64,000 nt of DNA from an uncultured Candidatus Bathyarchaeia archaeon (lineage in GTDB: Archaea; Thermoproteota; Bathyarchaeia; Bathyarchaeales; Bathycorpusculaceae), in assembly GCA_964514055.1 (NCBI GenBank), contig CAZEPB010000002.1, forward strand, positions 40,797 to 104,796. Direction: 5' to 3'. The translations under genes were made by a program, and so were the position numbers. Each line of letters opens with the position of its first letter. The first letter of the stretch is position 1. Below are positions 29,383 to 39,084 of this stretch, piece after piece. The notes beneath the pieces were generated by a model. That model made no database searches and had not been told where the DNA came from. It saw only the letters and a list, made by a program, of their open reading frames with translations.

Positions 29383-31341
29383 CTATTGCGAAAGCTGTTT
29401 TCGCAAATCTTCGTATGTTGCTTTTATGTCTTCAACTGAGGCTTCGTCTTCTATGGTGGATGTGTCGCCTATTGGTGCTCCCATTATTACGGCTTTGAGT
29501 ATTCTGCGCATTATCTTTCCGCTGCGTGTTTTCGGCAGTTTGTTGACCATAGCGATGGCGGCTGGTGTGGCTATTGGACCTATGGTTGTTCGGATGTGTT
29601 TTATGAGTTCCTTGCGCAGTTCGTCTGATGGGGAAAAGCCGCTTCGCAGAACGATGAATGCTACTGGTACTTCGCCTTTCACGGGGTCTTCTTTGCCCAT
29701 GACTGCTGCTTCCGAGACTGCTGGGTGCGAAACCAAAGCGCTTTCAAGCTCCACTGTGCCTATGCGGTGTCCTGCCACTTTGAGGACTTCATCAGCCCTT
29801 CCAAGGAGCCAGAGGTAGCCTTCTGTGTCTTGGACTGCGTAGTCTCCTGTGTAGTAGACGTTAGGCCATCTTCCGAAGTAGGTCTGTTTGAATCTTTCAG
29901 GGTCTTTCCAGAGGGTTTGCAGCATTCCAGGCCATGGCGTTTTAACTATGAGGAAGCCTTTGTTTCCTGCTTGCGCGGGTTGCCCCTTCTCGTCGTAGAC
30001 TTCTGCTTGAACGCTTGGCAGCGGATACGTTGCTGAGCCAGGTTTAAGCGGAACCAAGTCTATTCCCGATAGCGGTGCGATCATGAAGCCGCCTGTTTCT
30101 GTCTGCCACCAAGTGTCGATTATGGCGAGTTTTTCTTTTCCGATTACGCGGTAGTACCATTTCCAGGCTTCGGGGTTTATGGGTTCGCCGACTGTGCCGA
30201 GTATGCGCAGGGTGCTGAGGTCGTGTTTGTTTATCAGTTCTTCGCCGAACTTCATGAACATTCTGACTGCTGTCGGCGTGGAGTAGAGTATGGTTACGCC
30301 GTGTCTTTCGATGATGTCCCACCAGCGGTCTTTTTCGGGGTAGTCGGGTGTGCCCTCAAAAAGCAACGAGGTCACGCCGAGCGATAGTGGCGCGTAAACG
30401 TTGTAGGTGTGCCCTGTGATCCAGCCTATGTCTGCGGTGCACCACCAGATGTCCTCGTCATTTGGGTTGAAAGCCCACTTGAGGGTCCAGTAAGCCCAAA
30501 CGTTGTATCCTCCTGTTCCGTGTTGGACTCCTTTCGGTTTGCCTGTTGTGCCAGAAGTGTAAAGGATAAAGAGTGGATCTGTCGCCTGCATGGGTTCGGG
30601 TGGGACGTAAGCGTTTGCCCCTGCTTGTGCGAGAGCGTCGGTGTACCAGATGTCTCTGCCGTCTTTCATTTGGATGTCTTGGCATGTTCTTTTTACGACT
30701 ATGACTTTTTCCACGGTTGGCGTGGTCTGTAATGCGCGGTCTGCGTTGTCTTTTATTTTGATTATTTTTCCGCGTCTGTATGATCCGTCTGCGGTTACGA
30801 GGATTTTTGCTTCGCAGTCGTTGATGCGGTCTGCGAGGGCTTCGGCGCTGAAGCCTGAGAAGACTACGGTGTGGATTCCGCCTATGCGTGCTGTTGCGAG
30901 CAGGGTTATTGGCAGTTCGGGGATTACGGGTAGGTAAACGGCTACGCGGTCACCTTTTTTGAGACCTGAATCTTTGAGGACTTTGGCGAGTTTGTTGACT
31001 TCTCTGTAGAGTTGGTAGTAGGTGTAGGTTTTGACTTCGCCCATTTCTCCTTCCCAGATGTAGGCGAGCTTGTTTTTTCTCGGGGTTTTGACGTGTCTGT
31101 CTAATGCGTTGTGTGTTATGTTGAGGATTCCGCCTTGGAACCATTTGTAGAACGGTTTGTTTGAGTCGTCTAGCACTTTGTCCCATGGTTTGAACCAGTC
31201 GATGGCTTTTGCTTTTTCAGCCCAGAACTCCTGCGGGTTGTTTATTGATTTCTCCCATTCCTGTCGACGTTTTTCTCCTGAAGATGGTTGCGCGTTATTT
31301 GGACAGAATTTTTCGTTGAAGGGTAAATTAGTTTCAGACAT
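29383..31341 (-). CDS. acs: acetyl-CoA synthetase (AMP-forming)
   Basis: 652 aa. YTSGTTGKPKG, YWQTETGG-like (WWQTETGG), and the TRSGKIMRR C-terminal motif. Confidence 0.95.
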   Translation of the reverse strand: MSETNLPFNEKFCPNNAQPSSGEKRRQEWEKSINNPQEFWAEKAKAIDWFKPWDKVLDDSNKPFYKWFQGGILNITHNALDRHVKTPRKNKLAYIWEGEMGEVKTYTYYQLYREVNKLAKVLKDSGLKKGDRVAVYLPVIPELPITLLATARIGGIHTVVFSGFSAEALADRINDCEAKILVTADGSYRRGKIIKIKDNADRALQTTPTVEKVIVVKRTCQDIQMKDGRDIWYTDALAQAGANAYVPPEPMQATDPLFILYTSGTTGKPKGVQHGTGGYNVWAYWTLKWAFNPNDEDIWWCTADIGWITGHTYNVYAPLSLGVTSLLFEGTPDYPEKDRWWDIIERHGVTILYSTPTAVRMFMKFGEELINKHDLSTLRILGTVGEPINPEAWKWYYRVIGKEKLAIIDTWWQTETGGFMIAPLSGIDLVPLKPGSATYPLPSVQAEVYDEKGQPAQAGNKGFLIVKTPWPGMLQTLWKDPERFKQTYFGRWPNVYYTGDYAVQDTEGYLWLLGRADEVLKVAGHRIGTVELESALVSHPAVSEAAVMGKEDPVKGEVPVAFIVLRSGFSPSDELRKELIKHIRTTIGPIATPAAIAMVNKLPKTRSGKIMRRILKAVIMGAPIGDTSTIEDEASVEDIKATYEDLRKQLSQ

Positions 31342-31493
31342 TTCTTTTCAATCCATGAATCTTGTTCGGGGAAAAATTAAAACAAGAGAATATAAAGTTT
31401 TTCAGCCATTTATCGAAAAATAAGGGAATAGGTTAGACGTTTTTGGCTTACTGGAGAAACAAGCAGCACAGTTTTTCAGAGTGGATGCTGCGC

Positions 31494-31581
31494 AGGTTGG
31501 TTGTTTGACGTTGCGGCTCTGTTGCGATTTTTTGTCTATACCCCCCTTATATATAATAAGGCGGTTCTAAACAACCAACCT
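31494..31581. repeat. perfect 13-bp inverted repeat bracketing the acs TATA region
   Basis: aggttggttgttt (31494-31506) and aaacaaccaacct (31569-31581) are separated by 62 nt that contain the TATA/G-run element. Confidence 0.7.
31534..31562 (-). promoter_or_regulatory. extended promoter element, variant 1-like (upstream of acs)
   Basis: The minus-strand reading is gccttattatatataaggggggtatagac, about 200 nt upstream of the acs start. Confidence 0.4.
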
Positions 31582-31606
31582 ACATAGGGTGGCGTTTTAA
31601 ACGCTT
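31534..31606. repeat. left copy of imperfect inverted repeat at island border
   Basis: The core tatatataataaggcggttctaaacaacc (31548-31576) matches 25 of 29 positions against the reverse complement of 61212-61240. Weaker similarity continues for about 35 nt. Confidence 0.5.
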
Positions 31607-31885
31607 TTTTGTAAGGGCTGGAAAGATACTATCAACCAACTTCAATATAAATTGTTGTGATTGAAAGCGCACGTCATTTTTTAAAAACATATAAAGGGTA
31701 ATATAACATGGACAAACATATTTTTCGAGTGATTTCGGTTTACACGTTGTTGGTGGAGTAGATAGAGGGTACTAATTAATGGTACTTCAATCCAACCCTT
31801 AGACTTCGATATTTGCACGCACACCGTAGAAGATGATCATTAACATAGATTTCTTATAAACTAACATCCTTCCTTTAAATTAGGG

Positions 31886-33655
31886 TCAGCTCTTCCATCT
31901 TTCCAAGGCGAATTTTATAAGCTTCTCTTCTCGAGCCAATATATCTTTCTGCCCCCATTGCTCAAGACTAGATAGTTCTTTTTGGACTCGAAGAATTGAA
32001 TTGGAGTAATATGGTCTTTTCTTTTCAAAAGACTTATTTCCCCATCTCCGGTTCCAAGGGGCAGAAGCAAGGGTAAGGTTTCCTATTTTATGTTTATGCT
32101 CTTCATGTATCTGCTCTAATTCAGATGGAACTTCGTCTGGATTGTCTGCCCATATGTGCTCGATCTCAAAATCATCCGTAAGAATGGTCTCTAATTCAAA
32201 ATCAATAGGTTCGTCAGCTTCTTTTCTCAAAAACTTTTCATATTCAAAAAGCAAATATTTCAAATCACGTCTGGCAATTCTTTTATAAAACTGTGCAAAT
32301 CTCAAATCATTTTGGAAAGATTGATCATCCTCATAGTAGAAGACCGTATCTTTGAGATTGTTCAATATTTTCCCGAAATTCAGCTTAGTGTTGTGGACTT
32401 TGTATGCAAGTCTACAAACTGATGTTTCACCCGTATCTGCTCTTCTACGACCAACCACATAAACCCTTAATATGAAGAGTTCTATTAGTTTCAGAATTTC
32501 CTTAATCTTTTCCTTTTCATTCTTAAATCTCATCCAAACCGCAATTAATAGAGGGAAAAAATTGGCGACTCTCTCAAGAATAAAGAGTTTATTCAACAAA
32601 TTACCAATTGCATCGCTTTTTTTCAAAGAAACTAATTCGTACGCGGCAAAGAAGGCTTTCTCCAAATCCTCGGTATACTTCATTACATAAGCTAAGCAGT
32701 CGTCCTTTTTTGTCCGATAAAGTTCTCTGGTTACCCGTTTTAAGTAATCAAGATAATTGTAGGAAGTATCCCTATCTCCTTCGGCATTTGGTTCAAAAAC
32801 AATAAAATGATACCTTTGAATAGCTTCTTCATTAAGAAAATCCGCTTTGCTTATAGTCTTGATTTTTTCAACATATCTATATATGTTTGCAAATCTTTCG
32901 TCTATTTTGCGTAGAAGCACTTCGGGTACTTCAGCTTCAGACAGATAAACCATGTGCATCATGAAGCTCTTTGTTTTCTCTAACCTACTCAAAGGTTTAC
33001 CTCTGTCATTCACTGTCTCAAAGATCAGCACAGCGTCGGAATCGTTCTTAACAGGATATCGGATTATGTCTAAATTATCTACTTTCCGTTTGAACTGAGT
33101 GAGAAAATTCTTGAAGTCGATACCTTGCCTTTTAATTTCACCATATTTATCTCTAAAATAGATTTTAGCAATTTTGAGCCTTCGTTGTGATGGAGTGAGT
33201 GTCTCATCAGGATAGTTTTGGTCATCTATGATTACTCTTCTAAAGAACTCTGCGTCGTCTCCCAGTAATTCTAGTTTATATATGTCCTTATATTTGAGAT
33301 AGCTCTTTTCCAAATCCTCTAATTCATTCTTTGATTCAGTGTCGGTGCATACATCCTTGAACTGCACAATCATTTCCTTAAGGAGAATTAGGATGGTTGT
33401 TATTCTCTGCTGTCCATCTATTATATCGTAAACATCAAATGTTCTTAGGCCAGATTGTTTGATTCCAGTCTTTTTTAGCAAGATTGTTCCAAAATAGTGT
33501 TTCTTGTTTGAATCCAAGTATATGAGGTCATTCCAAAGGTCCTCTAATTGCCTTTCTTCCCATGAGTAGTTGCGTTGATAAATTGGGATCTGGAAAACTC
33601 GTTCGCCAACGAGTAGTTCCTTAAATGGAGCTAATCCTCGTTCCAAAAACGTCAC
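31886..33655 (-). CDS. DUF262/DUF1524 protein (GmrSD-like type IV restriction family)
   Basis: 589 aa. N-terminal IPIYQRNYSWEE and IIDGQQRITT (the ParB-like DUF262). C-terminal FEIEHIWA ... HKIGNLTL (DUF1524 His-Me finger). Confidence 0.8.
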   Translation of the reverse strand: MTFLERGLAPFKELLVGERVFQIPIYQRNYSWEERQLEDLWNDLIYLDSNKKHYFGTILLKKTGIKQSGLRTFDVYDIIDGQQRITTILILLKEMIVQFKDVCTDTESKNELEDLEKSYLKYKDIYKLELLGDDAEFFRRVIIDDQNYPDETLTPSQRRLKIAKIYFRDKYGEIKRQGIDFKNFLTQFKRKVDNLDIIRYPVKNDSDAVLIFETVNDRGKPLSRLEKTKSFMMHMVYLSEAEVPEVLLRKIDERFANIYRYVEKIKTISKADFLNEEAIQRYHFIVFEPNAEGDRDTSYNYLDYLKRVTRELYRTKKDDCLAYVMKYTEDLEKAFFAAYELVSLKKSDAIGNLLNKLFILERVANFFPLLIAVWMRFKNEKEKIKEILKLIELFILRVYVVGRRRADTGETSVCRLAYKVHNTKLNFGKILNNLKDTVFYYEDDQSFQNDLRFAQFYKRIARRDLKYLLFEYEKFLRKEADEPIDFELETILTDDFEIEHIWADNPDEVPSELEQIHEEHKHKIGNLTLASAPWNRRWGNKSFEKKRPYYSNSILRVQKELSSLEQWGQKDILAREEKLIKFALERWKS

Positions 33656-33786
33656 CTTATTTGCGTTCTTGACTTTATGTTAACTGTGGGTTTGTATTTA
33701 TTATTCTTTCCAAGCTAGTATTTTTGGGGATTATGTTTTAATCCTATCAACTGCTTTGCGACTTGATAGCGCGGACCTAATCAGGA

Positions 33787-35142
33787 CTATTTTAAAATGT
33801 AGTTTTTACCGCGTCTAATTTTTTGAATGTTGCGACAAGTCTTTCCGAATAACTGTGGGTTTTCTGTGTGTATGGGAAAGACCTTCTTTGGGTTGACTTT
33901 CTTAATTCTTTCTACTATCTCTTCTCGGTTCATGTGACCAGAAGCGTGAAGCTGGTGGAAATTAATACCGAAATGATTTAGCCAGTTATGCATTACTTCG
34001 TCTTCTATGTCTTCTTCACTGAACGGTTCGCTCATGCTATGAATAAAATGACTGTATGCGTCAGGTTTAATGTCTATCAATTCTGCAAACTGGTAGAAGT
34101 TCAAGTCCATCACCATCTCGCCTTGTTTTTCGTGTATGTTTTCGGATGTTACTTTCTTTTCTAAAAATGGGCGTTCCCAAGTGTAGTAGTCCTTTTCAAC
34201 GTGTTCTCCAGATTTCTTTCGTTTATAGTAGACCCGGATGGTTTCGTCTTTGGCGGGGTCAGGCAGGTCAAGGCGCGGGTCATCAACAAGTTTACCTAGA
34301 AGATAGGCGCTTTTTGTCGATATGATGAATTTTCGGTTATTTTCTTTCGCGACGGTGTAGAGGCTTCGGAACCTGTCCATATCTCTACTGTAGTGGGTCA
34401 CAAACACGATTTTGTCAGTATTAGCAATGATGTCGTTGCTTCCTTGCTTAACCTGCTGCTCAGAGTGATTCTTTCGTTTTTCAGTGGATGCCATGCGGGT
34501 TCCTTCACAAATCATAGCAACTGGTTCAGATTCACATGCTTTTTCGATAAACTCTTCGGTCATTTCGCTTCTCGGTCCATGAACTCTCATGTCTCCAGTG
34601 TAAACCACAGTCCCTTCTGAGGTGTGAATCAAATAACCATAAGCTGCTGGGATAGAGTGGTCAACGTGTACAGGCTCAACTGTTAAGTCCCCGATGGAGA
34701 TTGTGTCTCCTGTTCTGAAGGTTTTGTAGTTGTGTTCGCAGTAGTTGCAGTAACTGCTGGTTTCTTCTTGGGCTTCAACGAAGAGTTTGGTTCCTTCTCC
34801 GAGATAAACTGGAATTTCTGGGTCGAGGAACTTTATGTGTTCGATGTGGTCGAAGTGCGCATGAGACAAGAAAACAGCATCGATACTTGGTTTAGTGTAT
34901 GGCAAATTTGTTGGCTCAAGATTCTCTTTGCTGTATACTCCCTTCAGTTTGGGCAGCAGACCAAACTCGAAGTAGTCTTTTAATCCTGTGATTTTTCTTG
35001 CTGAAAGCCATCCAGTGAAGTAGTCAGAGCCGAAGGTGAAGGACTGCCCGAAATCTAGGAATACTCTGGTTTTTTTGTCTTCAAGGAGAATTTTGTTGCC
35101 GCCTATTTCGTTGACTCCGCCATAAAAGGTAAGCTTAGCCAT
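33787..35142 (-). CDS. MBL-fold / beta-CASP RNase J-like hydrolase
   Basis: Start moved to the ATG at 35142 (MAKLTFYGGVNEIGGNKILLED..). LSHAHFDHIEH metallo-beta-lactamase motif. The size and N-terminus resemble archaeal RNase J. Confidence 0.65.
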   Translation of the reverse strand: MAKLTFYGGVNEIGGNKILLEDKKTRVFLDFGQSFTFGSDYFTGWLSARKITGLKDYFEFGLLPKLKGVYSKENLEPTNLPYTKPSIDAVFLSHAHFDHIEHIKFLDPEIPVYLGEGTKLFVEAQEETSSYCNYCEHNYKTFRTGDTISIGDLTVEPVHVDHSIPAAYGYLIHTSEGTVVYTGDMRVHGPRSEMTEEFIEKACESEPVAMICEGTRMASTEKRKNHSEQQVKQGSNDIIANTDKIVFVTHYSRDMDRFRSLYTVAKENNRKFIISTKSAYLLGKLVDDPRLDLPDPAKDETIRVYYKRKKSGEHVEKDYYTWERPFLEKKVTSENIHEKQGEMVMDLNFYQFAELIDIKPDAYSHFIHSMSEPFSEEDIEDEVMHNWLNHFGINFHQLHASGHMNREEIVERIKKVNPKKVFPIHTENPQLFGKTCRNIQKIRRGKNYILK

Positions 35143-35314
35143 ACGCAAACATTTCCACATAAGGAATAGAGGGATATGATAATTGAATTTTATGTACCTG
35201 AAATAAGTGTGATGATTTTTGAAACTTGTACAATCAGTTTAAAATGGCGATGTCACCCGCACATTCTCCCCTTTTCTTTCAGAAAACTAAAACACCAAAT
35301 ATAATTTGGGCTTA

Positions 35315-36646
35315 TCAGATTTTTAAGACTAATTCTAGCCGAGTTTCTATAAAATAGGCAATTATAGCTGCTATTAGTCCTATTCCAAGAGAGATAAGCC
35401 CGCCCAGTATTAAATTCCCCTCCATAAAGAATATCGTGCCAATAGGCAAACCGAATAAAATCCAACCTAAAAAAAATGCAATGATAGCCATTTCACCTGC
35501 AAGCTTTTTCTTGCGCATTTCTTTAATTTCTAGTTGCTTTTCTTCAAATTCTAGTTGCTCCAATCTTGCCTGTCTCCTGCGTTCCAGTTGCTCTTTCTCA
35601 GATTGAAGTCTTTTTTTCTCGTCCTCAAGCTTCTGCTGCTCTCTTTCCGCTTTTGCTCTATCAAAGTATTCTTTTCGCATTTTCTTCTCGGCTACTGTAG
35701 GTCTTGGAATAAGTTCAAATTGGCTAAGAGCAAGAAACCCCAATTTTTCCACCAGTCCCACATGTTTTTCATTTTCAGAGTGAGATTTTATGTTCCAAGG
35801 GTCTTCCTTACCAAGCTGTTTTACTGCAATCAAAGTGTATCGAGCAACTTCGAGGCTCATTCTGTAGGCAATATTCAAGTCAAGTATAGGATTGCTCCAA
35901 GACGAAGGTCTATTAGTTAGAATGAACTGAATTAGGGCAGCTTGGCACCCTTCTATACCTGGCTTAAGATATTCTTCTTCGATAAGCGCGTCTACTCTTT
36001 CTTCGCGTTTTCGACTATCAGCCTCGAACTTTAACATGGTCAAGGAAGTAGATATACCATCCAGTTTTTTCCAATATGCATAGGAAAAATCATAAACTGA
36101 TTGTATTCCGTTGTTTTTTATCCTAATTAATAAATTGTAAAGTTTAGTATACTCATCAATTGCCTTGATTGGCAAGTCTGATTGCTTCAAATTTTCTATT
36201 AAATGTAAATCATCTAGCAAAGGTGACTGCGCAATCGCTATTTCCCATCTTGTATGTGTATCTGCTGTTCTAGGGCGAAGAGTCCATCTGTCTTGAAGGT
36301 AATGAAGTCCTATTCCCAGTTCAGAGTAGCATTCATCGTCACCTGCTAGAAACATGTTTCTTGAATTGGCGATTCTTTTCAGAATCTCGTTGTCTTTTCT
36401 TGTGTGATGCGGAAAATCTCCCCACGAGTCTGGAGTAGTTGAGCCTATCTCCAACAATTTTGTTTCTTTTTCTTTTAGCTTCAGTTCTTTTCCAATTTGC
36501 TTAGCTATTGCTATATGAGTCTTCTGAAGCAATATAGGCCACAATAACAAGTTACAGGTAATAAGCTTAAATTTTTTTAGGATTTTGACATTAATTGGAT
36601 GAATCGAAAACGGATTTGAATATGATGCTAGCGCGCTAAACAACAT
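35315..36646 (-). CDS. membrane-anchored coiled-coil protein; N-terminal region weakly Zn-dependent PLC/nuclease-P1-like
   Basis: 443-aa ORF with an uncertain true start. THIAIAKQIG .. TPDSWGDFPHH .. GLHYLQDRW form His/Asp clusters. Then come a long charged coiled coil (EREQQKLEDEKKRLQSEKEQLERRRQ..) and two C-terminal TM helices. Confidence 0.45.
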   Translation of the reverse strand: MLFSALASYSNPFSIHPINVKILKKFKLITCNLLLWPILLQKTHIAIAKQIGKELKLKEKETKLLEIGSTTPDSWGDFPHHTRKDNEILKRIANSRNMFLAGDDECYSELGIGLHYLQDRWTLRPRTADTHTRWEIAIAQSPLLDDLHLIENLKQSDLPIKAIDEYTKLYNLLIRIKNNGIQSVYDFSYAYWKKLDGISTSLTMLKFEADSRKREERVDALIEEEYLKPGIEGCQAALIQFILTNRPSSWSNPILDLNIAYRMSLEVARYTLIAVKQLGKEDPWNIKSHSENEKHVGLVEKLGFLALSQFELIPRPTVAEKKMRKEYFDRAKAEREQQKLEDEKKRLQSEKEQLERRRQARLEQLEFEEKQLEIKEMRKKKLAGEMAIIAFFLGWILFGLPIGTIFFMEGNLILGGLISLGIGLIAAIIAYFIETRLELVLKI

Positions 36647-36914
36647 ACGTAACCAGTTACCAACAGTGTGTAGTATAGCGCGCGCTTTCTTTTAGAACAG
36701 CTGCTGTATACATAATACCTAAGCTTTCATTATCCCAAAACTTGGATTTGTCAAAGGGAGGCTTAACTAGAAGCATGTCCTTTCGCTTCTTCCTCCAATA
36801 TCCTAACTGTTCAAATGATTAAACCTTTTAGCCCTTTTAGTTTTTTAACCTCTCAAGAGTATGCAAGAACTTCGAAAGATATTTGTATTTCATGGATGGT
36901 TAATAGAGGTTTTC

Positions 36915-38024
36915 TTAAATTTTCTTACAGGAAGAACATATGCCTTTCAAGGAAGAGTCTATATTTGATTTTTCTTTGGATCCCTCAATTACGGTTTTGA
37001 AAATATGCACATCGTGGATTGTAGACCAAAGGTAACTTTTGTTAAAATTATACATCAGTCCACGTGCTCCTTCATATGCACAATTTAAGGCTGCCATACG
37101 TTGACCAAACTTCAAAACCGACTCAACTTCTTCCATTGATGCCTCTTGGAAGCTCTCAATCCCAGAGCGACCAAGAAAGTGAATAATGCCCGCACTGCAC
37201 CAATCACCAGCGCCTGCAGTATCGATAATAACAGGCGCGTCAATTGATTCAATCGTCTTCCAATCGTTATTTTTGTCCTTTCGATTATTCAACTTATACC
37301 TTAGGCCTTTATTCCCTAAGGTTTGTATCTCTAATAAAACGTCTCTCTCGAATGGTATTTCGCATATTTGTTGCGCTGAATATTTTACTATATGGGCGAC
37401 ATCAAAAAACTCACGGAATAATTTATTCCTATATATCCTATGCGGTTCGAATACTATTAAAGCTCCACGTTGTTTCTGCAATTTTGCAAGGGTTAAAGCC
37501 GATTTTGAAACTCGGTCGACATAGAAAACTTGTACGTCCGGCATTTTTTTGGAAATTTCAAAAATCAGACGTAGAGGGACGGGCCTATTTCTTGGCAAAG
37601 CTGAGCCACAATAGGGGCATTTGAACTCAAAAACATGGGTATTCTTATTTTCTTCTTGAATTCTCTCAACTACTATAGGTGTTTGCTTTGTTTCGTCGCT
37701 ATATATGAAATCTGTTTTGACTCCCCATTCTCTAATATCTTTTAGAATAATCTTTGATGCAAGGTCCTTTCCTATACTTGCAACTGGATACGAAGACCAG
37801 CCTAGATAGGCAAGTATAGTCAAAACATTGCCACAAGAGCCGCCAATCCCAAAACTTGGGCAACTTTGCTTTTTTCCATTAATGACTATATCCAACACTA
37901 TGAGTCCGGTTCCCATGGAAACGGGTCTGGGCGTTTTTATCTCAAATAATTTCTCATCAATCATAACACTCACCCGCAATCCACAAGCTAAAGAATTCTG
38001 TTCTGAATAAATCCTTTTCAACAT
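36915..38024 (-). CDS. PfkB-family carbohydrate/nucleoside kinase with CxxC insert (operon gene 5)
   Basis: GIGGSCGNV (GG motif) and DTAGAGDWCSAGI (PfkB signature 2). There are extra CPYCGS and C-terminal CSSCKK pairs. The ATG at 37964 is the likelier start (8-nt overlap with the upstream gene). Confidence 0.75.
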   Translation of the reverse strand: MLKRIYSEQNSLACGLRVSVMIDEKLFEIKTPRPVSMGTGLIVLDIVINGKKQSCPSFGIGGSCGNVLTILAYLGWSSYPVASIGKDLASKIILKDIREWGVKTDFIYSDETKQTPIVVERIQEENKNTHVFEFKCPYCGSALPRNRPVPLRLIFEISKKMPDVQVFYVDRVSKSALTLAKLQKQRGALIVFEPHRIYRNKLFREFFDVAHIVKYSAQQICEIPFERDVLLEIQTLGNKGLRYKLNNRKDKNNDWKTIESIDAPVIIDTAGAGDWCSAGIIHFLGRSGIESFQEASMEEVESVLKFGQRMAALNCAYEGARGLMYNFNKSYLWSTIHDVHIFKTVIEGSKEKSNIDSSLKGICSSCKKI

Positions 38025-39084
38025 CCGAGGTTATTTTGTACCCCATACTTTCAACGTTTATTATTGCTACACCTCTTTTTTTAAATTCATACGCAGTTAG
38101 CAAAGCTCCAATTGATATAAGCTTACTAGATGATGCTGATAGTACTATTTGGCACTCACCAATAGCTGCAAATGCGTTTTGATAATTGTCTATTGTTCTA
38201 CATAACTGAGCGTAAACTTCAAAAGGGTTCCTTTCATGCCCGTAAAGGACGTTCTTTGGGTCAATTAGTAATCTATCAAATAAGAGTCTACGATACTCCA
38301 AGATTAAATTGTCACCTCTACGCGGGTCTTTGCTCGGCATTGGGATTAGGGGGGTAATCTCATCAGCTTTCACTTTGTCTGCAATTGTAACAAGTTGCTT
38401 CTCTTGATTTTCTCCAATTATTGGAATCCAAATCTTAATTTTGTTGGCATGCGTTACTGATTGAAGTTCACCAGTAAATCCACGAACATAAGAAGCGTCT
38501 TCAGCAATTCCATCCGCACTTATCGCACGATCAATATCTACGTTTTCGCATACGATCACATGTAAATTAATAGGTTTGTTTTCTTTTCTCATTAAATCAA
38601 CGATTGTTAGAACTTTTCCAATTAAAGGAAAGTAAATTCCACGTGGAAGAGCACTTATATCAATTATTATATCAGAATAACCTTTAAGCTCGTCAGAATC
38701 TGAAATAACACTAAAAGCTTCGCTTGAGCCAATTCGTCTACTTCCATCCTCTGATATCATTCTAACTCTCTTATTGATTCTTATACTTCCTTCTGGTATT
38801 AGACTTTTTAATTTGTCTTCGTTTTTCTCGACCAAATCGTGGTAGTTTAATGAAGGAGAATTTGGTCCCTCATCAAGTTCTATAGTTAAATAATCCCGAC
38901 GACCTTTGCCTGCTGCCGACAAAATTTTCTCGTACCCTAGACATGACCGCGAATCAAAGCCTAATCCAGAGACGTAAAGGATATCTCTAACCTTTTGGCT
39001 CAAGTACTCTCTCCAAAATAATTGAAACTGTTTCCCTTGTACCATGAAATAATTCTTCCATCGTAATTTCATGCCAAAACTCAT
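37957..39084 (-). CDS. orphan protein, alpha/beta Rossmann-like by eye (operon gene 4)
   Basis: 375 aa. Its ATG overlaps the upstream stop (ATGA). The alternating beta-alpha pattern (LYVSGLGFDSRS, IIIDISALPRGIYFPLIG, IWIPIIGEN, IVLSASSSKL) matches no motif I can name. Confidence 0.6.
   Translation of the reverse strand: MSFGMKLRWKNYFMVQGKQFQLFWREYLSQKVRDILYVSGLGFDSRSCLGYEKILSAAGKGRRDYLTIELDEGPNSPSLNYHDLVEKNEDKLKSLIPEGSIRINKRVRMISEDGSRRIGSSEAFSVISDSDELKGYSDIIIDISALPRGIYFPLIGKVLTIVDLMRKENKPINLHVIVCENVDIDRAISADGIAEDASYVRGFTGELQSVTHANKIKIWIPIIGENQEKQLVTIADKVKADEITPLIPMPSKDPRRGDNLILEYRRLLFDRLLIDPKNVLYGHERNPFEVYAQLCRTIDNYQNAFAAIGECQIVLSASSSKLISIGALLTAYEFKKRGVAIINVESMGYKITSDVEKDLFRTEFFSLWIAGECYD

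Noticed and set aside
35253-35465. 70-aa minus-strand ORF overlapping the 3' end of 35315-36646
   Set aside because: It is an out-of-frame overlap with the TM-helix-encoding end of the larger gene. Its hydrophobic, low-complexity translation is typical of a shadow frame.
36680-36800. 38-aa minus-strand ORF with a ggagg site just upstream of the 443-aa membrane protein, a possible frameshifted N-terminus
   Set aside because: I cannot decide between a leader peptide, a pseudogene fragment and chance without homologues, so it is not reported as a feature.
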